A DNA stretch of 64,000 nucleotides from the NCBI GenBank assembly GCA_030390025.1, contig CM059425.1, positions 162,690,001 through 162,754,000 on the forward strand, given 5' to 3'. Position 1 is the stretch's first letter, and every line of letters begins with the position of its first letter. The stretch comes from Squalus acanthias (taxonomy: Eukaryota). Shown one piece after another: positions 53,701 to 64,000 of the stretch. A program made the translations under genes and the position numbers. A model generated the notes under the pieces. The model ran no database searches. It had not been told where the DNA came from and worked only from the letters and a program-made list of their open reading frames with translations.

Positions 53701-54698
53701 AAAGATGCAAAGATTATGGGCTAAAAATGTAGTAAAAACCTACTGGTGCCACTGCGGGCCGGTGTTAATGCCGCCGAAAATGATGGCACTGACAGGACCG
53801 GTAAATTGGTGCTGGTTGCTAATTAACATTAGTCCAGTGCTAAACTTACAGTGCAACGCCGTTCTGGTGGTGTTCGTCCTGGCAGAAGGCCCCAATGTAG
53901 CGCGGCCATAGCGTCATTGCAGCAAGAACAGCCTTCTCTTAAAGCAAGGCTGTCATTTCAGAAAGCAGTGCGGTCCCTTAAAGGGGAACTGCCTTCTGAA
54001 ATGAAAAAAATAAAAATCATGTAAAAATAGGCAGCTTTTAGCACTAAAAAAAATGAACACTAAAAAGAATTCCCAAATGGGAGTCTTCAGCTCTTAAAGC
54101 TGAATTCCCTTCTACACCTATAAAAATGGGAAAAGTGCTTCAGCACTAACACTCAGCAAGCCAGGGAAGGGACATTCAGGGTCTCGCACGCAGCACTCCA
54201 GCTTTGTGCAGGGGATCAACACTGCAAGAGAGGTCCTCTACCCACAGGGGCCAGGAGGCCCTCCAGAAAGAAGGATGTGGGACCAGATCATCAAAGCCGT
54301 GTCACCCCCACAACTTGGCTCCAGTGCCCAAAGAAGCTTCAAGGTCAGTGAATGCATCTTCAAAAGCTGTCTCCGACCAACTGCACCACTAGCCTTGCAC
54401 ACTGCTCAATGCATGAATCCACCCACCCTCAAATCGCTCACCTACCAACAATCTGTACCAAACACGAGGCACACCTCCCATTCCTAGCTTCGCCTCACCC
54501 CAGAGGCCTGGCTGAGCCCTTGGCCAGTGGCAGGGCTGAAAGGATACAAGATGCTGGTGTCCGCATACAATATCCTCTGTTGCGCATGCACCTCTTGCTT
54601 TCCTCCCCTCACCACAACTCCCCTCTTGTGCCTTCCTCATTTCACACACCCAAGAAATACAGCCTACCCAGCCAGTGGTTAACCAAGAAGAGGGAGAG

Positions 54699-54800
54699 GA
54701 GAGAGGAGGAGGAGGAGGAGGAGGAGGAGGAGGAGGAGGAGGAGAAGGAGAAGAAGGAGAAGAAGGAGAAGGAGAAGGAGAAGGAGAAGAAGAAGAAGAA
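54699..54800 (+). repeat. (GGA)n/(GAAGGA)n expansion inside the Harbinger Myb exon-3 acidic tract
   Basis: Direct inspection; much longer than in sibling copies. Confidence 0.9.
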
Positions 54801-55329
54801 CCGTCACTCGATTTCACACTCACTGTCACCAGGTCCTCAAGGTCAACCAGCAAGGCCATCTGCAGTGTCACCCACTGAAAGTCAGCAGCCTTCCACCAGC
54901 CATGCTGCAGCCACTGGGGTAGCACTGTGTGACATCAGTAGGATAGGCAAAGGCGAGACACAAGACAGTCACTAAGAGAATGCATAATGGTGATGAGTTG
55001 ATTTCTTGATATCATATTAGATGGATAGAAGTATAAAGTTGGATTGGAAAGTTTGCTTTTTGGTGGCTTTTATTTCAGCATTGTAGCCAAGAGGATGCTA
55101 TGCTGGTCAGTAACAGAAGGAAGGTAAGGTGTGAGGCTAATGCTGAAAGGGGAATTGGTCGGGAGTTGGGACCGCAGGCGGCTGATTCCATCCCGTATAT
55201 CTCGCCAGAAAGGGACTGTCTGGGTTACATCCATCCTCTGTTTCCTCCTCTTCTACTTCCTCCTCTTCTGCTTCCTCTTCTTCTGCGTCTTCCTCTTCCC
55301 TTTGCGAGCGGATGCTGTAAATCTGAAAT

Positions 55330-55437
55330 AAAATGCTGGAAATACTCAGCAGGTCAGGCAGCACCTCGACCTGAGACTTTAATTCTGTTTCTCTCTCCAC
55401 AGATGCTGCCTGACCTGCTGAGTATTTCCAGCATTTT
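55330..55437. repeat. Inverted Penelope terminal remnant forming a 34-bp perfect hairpin
   Basis: Arms 55330-55363 and 55404-55437; homologous to 50055-50125. Confidence 0.85.
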
Positions 55438-55539
55438 CTGTCTTCTCAGAGGCCTTCCTTTACCATCCAAGGCCTTGCAAGCGTCCAGCAGCACTCCCTG
55501 CACACTTAAAAAACTGTTGACATTTATTGCACCAAGCAG

Positions 55540-57013
55540 GTGACCCAATTGAGATGATTAACAGCTAGTTGTCAGACCCTTAACAGGCTTTTTTAACTTA
55601 CTTTTTAAATTTAACTGCAGGGCCACAGCAAGCATGCTGCTCGGGAAGCACGTCTGTCAACCAGAGGCAGGAGTTCCGTAGCCATTGCTCCAGCTGATTA
55701 CTTGACAGCATCAAATGTACAGTAAAAGCTCCCACCTGACAGATGATCACTTTCCTCAGGCAGAAGCTGTTGCTCAGTCCATCTCCAGCACAGATTCTGC
55801 AGGCTGCAGATGTTTCCAGCAAAGACTCCATCCAGTGTCACCTCATTGGAAGAACTCTCTCACCATTGACAGAATGCTTCTGTCAGCTGTACTTCACCTA
55901 CCATCTATTCCATCAACATGGGTACCGTTTATACTGTCTCACCTTGGTCCTCAGAATCCCACCACGATCAGCCCCAACACCAGCAGCACCAGGCACACCA
56001 GCAGCACCAACAACAACAACACCAACCTTCTCCACAATCACCTGATGCTGCACAGGACTGAGGGCATCAGCACCTGACCACATTGCTGATGGCCTCATCA
56101 TGGCTAGATTTAGTTAACTTTATACTGTACACCCATATGACTGCCACATGATGCACCAGGTTGGCACCAGCCCACACCAACACCATAAAGCATCCCTACA
56201 ATGACCAAGCCATTCCTTTCACACTCATCGCCATTGCGAGGGGTACCGTTATGTCTCACCATTCACTGGAACTCACTAAGCCACTTCCAAAGGTGCACAC
56301 AAATCTGTCCAAGACCAGAAAGTGTTGAAAATAAAGATGTTTATGTTTGACACCACATTAACAGAAACTTTACATAAACATTGGATAAAACACCGAAGTG
56401 GCTACCCTTGTGTGTTGTTAGTTGGTATGATTGCACTAGGATGAGGGTGAGTGTGAGGGGTGGCTAGTGAGATGGGGATGTGATAATATAGAGAGAGAGG
56501 GATAGGTGGAGGTGCAAGGTAAGTTGGTGGGAGTAAAGATGTGCAGGAGTAGGGTAGGGAAGGCAGAGTGATGGGGATGTGATAAGAGGCACAGCAAGAT
56601 GCAGTTTAGTGTGGCTTTGTACTAACGTTTCCTGATCTAATGAGATCATTGAAACGTTTGCGGCACTGCATATGAAGGGAGTCATCGGAGAACCTGGGTG
56701 CAGCCCTCTGCGTCTGGGCAGTCATTGTCCAAGTGTTTGCAGCACTCCAATGCTGTAGTGCACTGTCAGCAATATGTTAGATTAAACGGCAAATCTAATG
56801 TGGCCACGGTCCCTTTAAAGATCCCGGCTGAAAACCCGTCATGAAAGACGTCACCAGACCCGTTCCATTTAATTGGGCCGGGTAACGCGCTGGGCGGGCT
56901 TAATAGGCCCTATTAACGTAAGTTTTCAGCAGCGTCATGGAGCCAGCAGCGGGGTCGTGACCTGCCATGGCCACCGCCCGCACCGGACCCACCGAGGTAG
57001 GCAAAATTCTGGC
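55540..57013. mobile_element. Second-family Harbinger derivative nested in 53718-57316
   Basis: Minus-strand MTAQTQRAAPRFSDDSLH-MQCRKRFNDLIRSG at 56627-56725; right TIR caaaattctggcc; left boundary approximate. Confidence 0.7.
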
Positions 57014-57835
57014 CAGTGTCTCTGTCAGTCTGCTGAACGCTCGCTTTTCAGACCGAGCTTAGGACCCAGCGCTAAACTCAGCGCTGAGGTCGAAGTTCGT
57101 AGAGCGTGTCATTTCTTTGATGTTGCACGCCGACTGATGTCACGCTCTCTTCATTTACATCTCGAGGGCCGGTGCTGCTATTGGCAGCGCTAAGGCCCTC
57201 ACCAAAATGAGGGCCGCCGAGTCCCGTGCTAGCGAAGGGTGCTAGAGTGGCGGCGCCATTTTTTGCCACGATTCCAGTGCTAACGGGTGGCAGTAAGTGG
57301 CCCAATTTCTGGGCTGTATATTTCAGTTCCATGCTGATGGGGATAGCCTTAACCTTATGGTTGATGAACATGAATGACAGGGTAATAAACTTTTCATACC
57401 TTAAGAGTTGATCAATATGCAGGGTTAAATCAGTCTGCTATAAAGCAGACGTCACTGCCCACCAGTGGTGTAATTGATAATACCATTACACATGTCTGAC
57501 AACCAAATTAATAACTATATTTATAACATTACTCTGAAACAACTCAAGATAAATGAATTGAGTTTATGTAAGTACCGTGCCAAAGACATATTAATGTTGA
57601 TTACCCATTGCAGAGCAACTCAGATTTGAAATCTGGTTTTGGCCCAAGTCTTCACTTTAAAGAGGTAAAGCTGCCAAGCTTTATATCAAATTCAGTCTAC
57701 AAAAAGCAGTAAATTCTCAGGCTTATCTATCAACTTTTGATATAATCAACCGCTTGTGTATAACACATCACATATTGAATCTGTGGGTGGCAATTAGATG
57801 TTGTAACTGAAAAGAAAAATCAGGCTTTTCTAATT

Positions 57836-58544
57836 GGCCCAGAATTTACCAGAGTGCGCCCCGTTGGTTAGATTTTTTTTCCTCACCCTTCAGCTCGAAA
57901 AATTTTGCGCCACAAATTTCTGGTGGTGCAAGCTGATAACGGGTATCTGGGACCTTGGTGAACAAAGGCACCAACAATCTATCTCCTTAACCAATGAGAT
58001 TTAAGGATAGAGAAAGAAACAGAGGAATGATGGAGAAGGAAATAGAGAGAACTAAAGTCAAATTAGGTAAGGCAAGAGAAATAAAGAGAGGGAAAGAAAG
58101 ATTGGATTAAGAGAGAGGGAGGGAAAAAAAGACAGAAAGGAAAGTAAGAAAAAAATTAAAAATTAAAAATGTTAATAACCTCGAAGAACAATTTACCTGC
58201 AGGAATGAGACTCCACAGTTTCAATTGTTTCCTTTCTGGACCGGAGAGGTTGAGTGGCATTGTAGGAACATAAATATCGTTAAGTACCAGCCCTAACTTT
58301 CCGCAGTGAGTTTAATTCATTTAAACAGCATAAATGCAGCAATTTCTAGAAACTCACAGGGAAATTGACGGTGAGCTCCCATGTGCGTGTGGCTAACGGT
58401 GGAGCGGCACAGATAGTCTAGTAATTTGTGGAGATTCGCAACGTATGAGGTATCTCTTCCTCTCCATAAATTGCTGAGTTATTTACACACCAATAATAGT
58501 GTGTGCATTAAACTCAACGTTATTTTGCCAGCAAATTCTGGCCC
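57836..58544. mobile_element. Harbinger-type MITE with purine-rich core
   Basis: TIRs ggcccagaattt / aaattctggccc; TSD ATT. Confidence 0.85.
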
Positions 58545-59885
58545 ATTGTTTCAAATATTGATTTGGTGAAATACAGATCCCACAAAAAAGCTACCTTTTT
58601 AAAAAAGCTGCAACTTCAAATCATCACATTACTGAAATAATTTTTTTTCAAAATGGCCTCAGCTGCCAATTTGATTTCTGACCCATCTGAAAATACAGCC
58701 AGATAAGTAACAGAACCTTTTCGCACAGTCCTGTCATTTGTTTCGTGGGAATGTACCAAAAGGGCTGGGAGTTAGGCTGACTCCGATGTACTGGGTTTTG
58801 GCCTAATATGGGTTTCCAGGATGGGCTGTTGGCAGAAGAGCCTCCAGCTGTTCCAAACAAGGCCATCGGCATAAGGGAGGGCAGGGTCTGGGATTCCCTA
58901 CCTCAGGAGTTCTCTGGTTGAGGAACAGAACCCCTCCCTGGGACAAACAACCTCCACTGGATTTTCCAGCCTCTCTCCTAGATGTTCCCCTAGTGGTACA
59001 AGCACCTGCCAATGACATTAAAAGAGGGGACCTTCCCCTGACCTTGCAAACTTTGGTGTAGTCAGCATTGGAGGTCCTAGGCAGGCACATAACAGCATTT
59101 ATGTTGTGATCACTTCCCTTCCCCTGATTTTCAGTCCCAAAGTCTCTAAGATAAAAAAAAAAGTATAAGAATTGTTATAATCTCTCCTAAAATCATGAAA
59201 TTTCCCTGTATGGCAGGGTTATCCAAACATTTTGAATTAGCGGACCACTGAGCTGTGTGCCACGGAGCACTGTGGAGCACATTCTAAACCAATCACCTCT
59301 GCTAAATTAATAAATAACACACAACAAAGGCCTCTCCCTCTTCCCACCCCTCACCTAAACTGTATATATGGTGTTACTGACTGAAATTGATGTTCCATTT
59401 CTATTTTATGTTAAGCACCTTGAGACATTTTTCTACCCTTCCATCTGCCTGGCCCAGGATATTTACTTATCTACTCACAAGAATGGAGAGTGAGGGCGGG
59501 GAGGGGGTGGGGGGCAGCAGAGTGGGAGGACGATATCCTTCCATCTGAAGATTTTCGAGTGGGGAGGCAGTGGTTGTGCTCAACTTCTGTCTGGGTCGAG
59601 CAATGATCTTAGGGAGCAGGAGGAGGGAAGGCTGTAACTTGTCCAGTCTTTCAGCTACCAGTAGACAGAAACATTATCTTGGGGAAGGAGGGTTTTCAAC
59701 AATTCCAGGTGCCAGATTATCTCACTGGGGGAGGGGGGAGCGTTCATTTGTTCCCAGTGAGGGGAGGGGATCTATTTGGAAGCTCTTGTGATAGTTTCCT
59801 GGGATTTAGTGAGTTAGTTGTGGAATCATCACTGTTTCACTGGCCATTGGAGTTTTAAAGTGAGAACTGGGAGATTAGAACAGCA

Positions 59886-61731
59886 AGTGCCAAGCTCTGC
59901 AGTCCTGCCACATCCAGTCGTGAATGGTGATGGACCATTAAACAACTAACGGGAGGAGGAGGCTCCATGAATATTCCCATCCACAATGATGGTGGAGCCC
60001 AGCACGTGAGTGCAAAAGACAAGGCTGAAGCGTTTGCAACCATCTTCAGCCAGAAGTGCCGAGTGGATGATCCATATCGGCCTCCTCCTGAGGTCCCCAC
60101 CATCACAGAAGCCAGTCTTCAGCCAATTCGATTCACTCCACGTGATATCAAGAAACGGCTGAGCGCACTGGATACAGCAAAGGCTGTGGGCCCCGACAAC
60201 ATCCCGGCTGTCGTGCTGAAGACTTGTGCTCCAGAACTAGCCGTGCCTCTAGCCAAGCTGTTCCAGTACAGCTACAACACTGGCATCTATCCGACAATGT
60301 GGAAAACTGCCCAGGTACGTCCTGTCCATAAAAAGCAGGACAAATCCAATCCGGCCAATTACCGCCCCATCATTCTACTCTCAATCATCAGCAAAGTGAT
60401 GGAAGGTGTCGTCGACAGTGCTATCAAGTGGCACTTACTCACCAATAACCTGATCACTGATGCCCAGTTTGGTTTCCGCCAAGATCACTCGGCTCCAGAC
60501 CTCATTACAGCCTTGGTCCAAACATGGACAAAGGAGCTGAATTCCAGAGGTGAGGTGAGAGTGACTGCCCTTGACATCAAGGCAGCATTTGACCGAGTGT
60601 GGCATCAAGGAGCCCGAGTAAAACTGAAGTCAATGGGAATCAAGGGGAAAACTCTCCGCTGGCTGGAGTCATACCTAGCACAAAGGAAGATGGTTGAGGT
60701 GATTGAATGTCAATCATCACAGCCCCAGGACATCGCTGCAGGAGCTCCTCAGGGCATTGTCCTAGGCCCAACCATCTTCAGCTGCTTCATCAATGACCTT
60801 CCCTCCAACATAAGGTTAGAAATGGGGATGTTTGCTGATGACTGCACAGTGTTCAGTGCCATTCACAACTCCTCAGATAATGAAGCTGTCCATGCCCACA
60901 TGCACCTGGACGACGTTCAGGCTTGGGCTGATAAGTGGCAGGTAACATTCGTGCCACAGAAGTGCCAGGCAATGACTATCTCCAACAAGCGAGAGTCTAA
61001 CCACCGCCCCTTGACATTCAACGGCATTACCATCGCTGAATCCCACACCATCAACATCCTAGGGGTCAGCATTGACCAGAAACTTAACTGGACCAGCCAC
61101 ATAAATACAGTGACAACCAAAGCAGGTCAGAGGCTAGGTATTCTGCGGCGAGTGTCTCACCTCCTGACTCCCCAAAGCCTTTCCACCATCTACAAGGCAC
61201 AAGTAAGGAGTGTGATGGAATACTCTCCACTTGCCTGGATGAGTGCAGCTCCAACAACACTCAAGAAGCTCGACACCATCCAGGACAAAGCAGCCCGCTT
61301 GATTAGCAACCCATCCACCACCTTAAACATTCACTCCCTCCACCACCGGTGTACCGTGGCTGCAATGTGTACCATCTACAAGATGCATTGCAGCAACTCG
61401 CCAAGGCTTCTTCGGCAGCACCTCCCAAACCCGCGACCTCTTCCACCTAGAAGGACAAGGGCAGCAGGCGCATGAGAACACCACCATCTCTAAGTTCCCC
61501 TCCAAGTCACAGACCATCCTGACTTGGAAGTATATCGACGTTCCTTCATTGTCGCTGGGTCAAAATCCTGGAACTCCCTCCCTAACAGCACTGTGGGAGT
61601 ACCTTCACCACACGGACTGCAGTCGTTCAAGAAGGCGGCTCACCACCACCTACTCAAGGGCAATTACGGATGGGCAATGAATGCAGGCATTGCCAGCGAT
61701 GCCCAGATCCCATGAACGAATAAAAAAAAAA
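59886..61731 (+). mobile_element. 5'-truncated CR1-group (Zenon-like) LINE with an open 502-aa RT frame
   Basis: GPDNIP, NYRPI.LL, QFGFR, LDIKAAFDRVWH, PQG.VLGP, FADD; poly(A) tail. Confidence 0.95.
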
Positions 61732-61888
61732 TTGGTCAGGGTGTGAAATCTGAAAAATCTCCTAAAAGCCATCATTGAGCATGTTAAGACAGCTATTCTA
61801 CAAATATTTACTTTATAAACTCGTACTTGTATTTTCTTATTGTATCAATGCACTTCCAAATTTTTCAGGATATAGCACAAGTATTGTA

Positions 61889-61907
61889 TAGAGCCATCTG
61901 GTGGCCA
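61889..61907 (-). promoter_or_regulatory. Candidate CTCF site
   Basis: Minus strand TGGCCACCAGATGGCTCTA is close to the CTCF consensus TGGCCACCAGGGGGCGCTA. Confidence 0.4.
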
Positions 61908-62454
61908 ATGTGTGCATTACAATTCAGACTCAAATGGTCAGAAACCAGGTAATCTAGTAAGGTTATGTGACATTTTACATTATTTTTATTACAGCACCAT
62001 CTACAGGCATAGCAGGTGTTTCATGGAATTCTGTGACCACCTTCAGGTTTTGATATACAACAGATGTTTGAACTATCAACTCTCTTCAGAGAGGACTTTT
62101 CTTGTTTAATATGGTGTCATGTTTTGGGGTTTTTACATGAGATATTTTCTCAGTTTCTGTGTCACCAGCCACTCCCATAAGCTGCCTATGATTCAGAATG
62201 TACCTTTTTCTGCCCAATATCTAGTTAAACAACAGTAAGGCACAGGAATCATAACAGAGAGCCCTTACTCTGTACAGTGACTACTGGAATGTATCATCTG
62301 CTGCCACAAGATCTCCTTTTTAAAAAGGGGCCTAAAAAATGTCGGCCTTTTTGAGGCTCTCCTGTATGCATGTCTGCTGGAGGCCTCCTTCCCATCAGGT
62401 TTCCATGGCTGTGCTGTGGACCTGGTATTCAGCACACCTTACAGTCGGAAAATG

Positions 62455-62950
62455 GCTCCGCTTTACATGAGGCTCCCACCTGCTTTCAATGGGAGCTCTT
62501 TGGCCCACAAATCTCGTTCCATTTTCTGAGCACTATTGCCTTGTTTTCAGATGGAAACAGGATTGTGCAGTGACTAAAATCGACCCCAGTGCCATTACTT
62601 CCATAAAGTCTAGTCAAATGTGCCAAGTTTCACACCATCACTTTAGGCTCCAACAGGGTGAATGGCCATTATAAAGTTTACTCCGTGGGTGTAGCTAAGG
62701 TTGACTTTATTGGACCTCTTCGTGTGATAAGAAGGATAATTGTTGCTTATTGATATTCACTGACAACTTCCCCAAATGGGTTGACATAATAGCTAAGGTA
62801 GCTGCTGCAGAGTTAGTGCAGGGAATTATGTAATTTACCTGGTGTCTGACTAGGATACAGCATTTACAAGGGCAGCATTCAAAGAGGCAACCAAGGCACT
62901 GGAAATGAAACACCACATAAGAAAGCCTCATCATCCTCGGTCAAACCAAA
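62455..62950 (+). pseudogene. Decayed LTR-retroelement integrase (Gypsy/ERV-like)
   Basis: VDFIGPL, LLIFTDNFPKWV, SD*DTAFTRAAFKEATKALEMKHH..PHHPRSN fragments across frames. Confidence 0.7.
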
Positions 62951-63504
62951 CTAAGAAAATAAACTGAATAACCTAGACTACCACAAGGGCCTATGTAGGC
63001 CAGAAACACAACCATGTTGCTTTACTGCAATTTGCTATTAGAACAGTACCTTATGCTAATACAAGTGATACACTGACACTTTTCCACTTTGGAGGGAATT
63101 TTGTAACCCCTCTCAACTTGGTTGCAAATCCTAGATTGTCCAATGGAGAGTCTAATGGCCCCTCCAAGGCCCACCTGAAGATGAGGTTGGAAGGAACAGA
63201 TTAGCTGGTAAAAGACCACTTGACGGTGGCACATCATTAAAACAGAAACATTATGACAAAAGATGACAGCCAATTTGTTTTGACATCAGCAACTTGGTGA
63301 AAGCCAGGACTCATCCTAGATTGATGGCAGTGCAATGTACCAGGGCTAAACTAACTGTGAGCTACAAGGGACCAGAAGGGGTACTTCGAATAATCAACAT
63401 GAATTATAGAATTCTGAGGTTAGATACAAACGTGGTTACTGTTGTCTTCCATGTGTGTGGCATGCTTCCGTACTGGAAATAAGAAAGAGTTCACGGAGGA
63501 GTAA

Positions 63505-64000
63505 GGGGAACAGTAGCATAGTGGTAATGTCAATTGGCTAGTTAATCCAGAGACCGGGACGAATGATCCCGAGACGTGAGTTCAAATCCCACCACGGCAG
63601 CTGGGGAATTTAAATTCAGTTAATTAAATAAATCTGGAATAAAAAGCTAGTATCAGTAATGATAACCATGAAAGTATCGGATTGTCGTAAAAACCCATCT
63701 GGTTCACGAATGCCCCTTTAGGGAAGGAAATCTGCTGTCCTTACCTAGTCTGGCCTATATGTGACTCCAGATCCACAGCAATGTGGTTGACTCTTTGCCC
63801 TCTGAAATGGCCTAGCAAGCCACTCAGTTGTAACAAACCGCTACGCAACAAAATAATAAAAATGAAACCGGAGAGACCACTCGGCAATGGCACACCCAGC
63901 CCAGTCAACCCTGCAAAGTCCTCCTCACCAACATCTGGGGACTTGTGCCAAAATTGGGAGAGCTGTCCCACAGAGTAGTCCAGCAACAGCCTGACATAGT
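63505..64000 (+). mobile_element. LINE 5' end with a tRNA-like head leading into an APE endonuclease N-terminus; runs off the window
   Basis: A-box tagcatagtgg (63514), B-box gttcaaatc (63580); frame KVLLTNIWGLVPKLGELSHRVVQQQPDIV from 63915. Confidence 0.75.

Larger units (their letters stand above)
53718..57316. mobile_element. Non-autonomous Harbinger derivative with nested insertions
   Basis: TIR-like ends gggctaaaaatg / caatttctgggct; 54130-55535 collinear with 49490-51520. Confidence 0.75.

Noticed and set aside
54352..54975. Glu/Lys-, Pro- or Gly-rich ORFs
   Set aside because: Produced by a GGA/GAA microsatellite inside a Harbinger remnant.
63505..63600. tRNA gene
   Set aside because: A-box to B-box spacing is extended, there is no clear cloverleaf or terminator, and it continues into retroelement sequence.
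33549..64000. Upstream MCTP exon (start of C2A, ..LDI.L..G..L..RDRG)
   Set aside because: Not found by eye; probably beyond the window, though a diverged exon could have been missed.

Overview
Eukaryotic (vertebrate) genomic DNA, most likely from a cartilaginous fish judging by the repeat families (Deu-domain SINEs, CR1/L2/RTE LINEs, Penelope, Harbinger); the organism call is inference. Five coding exons of a minus-strand MCTP1-like gene (multiple C2 and transmembrane domain protein) lie at 33406-33548, 19245-19324, 13868-13979, 7399-7437 and 1085-1249. They have GT-AG boundaries and consistent phases and encode most of C2A, the linker and the start of C2B; the other exons were not found in the window. 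The rest is intron filled with transposons. The most notable feature is a PIF/Harbinger assemblage: (1) one near full-length 3.85-kb two-gene copy (transposase plus a 3-exon Myb/SANT-like gene, TIRs, TAA TSD); (2) several non-autonomous derivatives sharing the same internal deletions; (3) many TIR-bounded MITEs whose interiors are strings of back-to-back hairpins of unrelated sequence. Also present: a Penelope fragment with a GIY-YIG domain and a minimal hammerhead ribozyme, a solo LTR, an LTR-element integrase relic, a LINE 5' end in which a tRNA-like head runs directly into an APE endonuclease frame, and a 26-bp G-rich minisatellite. No prokaryotic-type systems, CRISPR arrays, rRNA or bona fide tRNA genes were seen.
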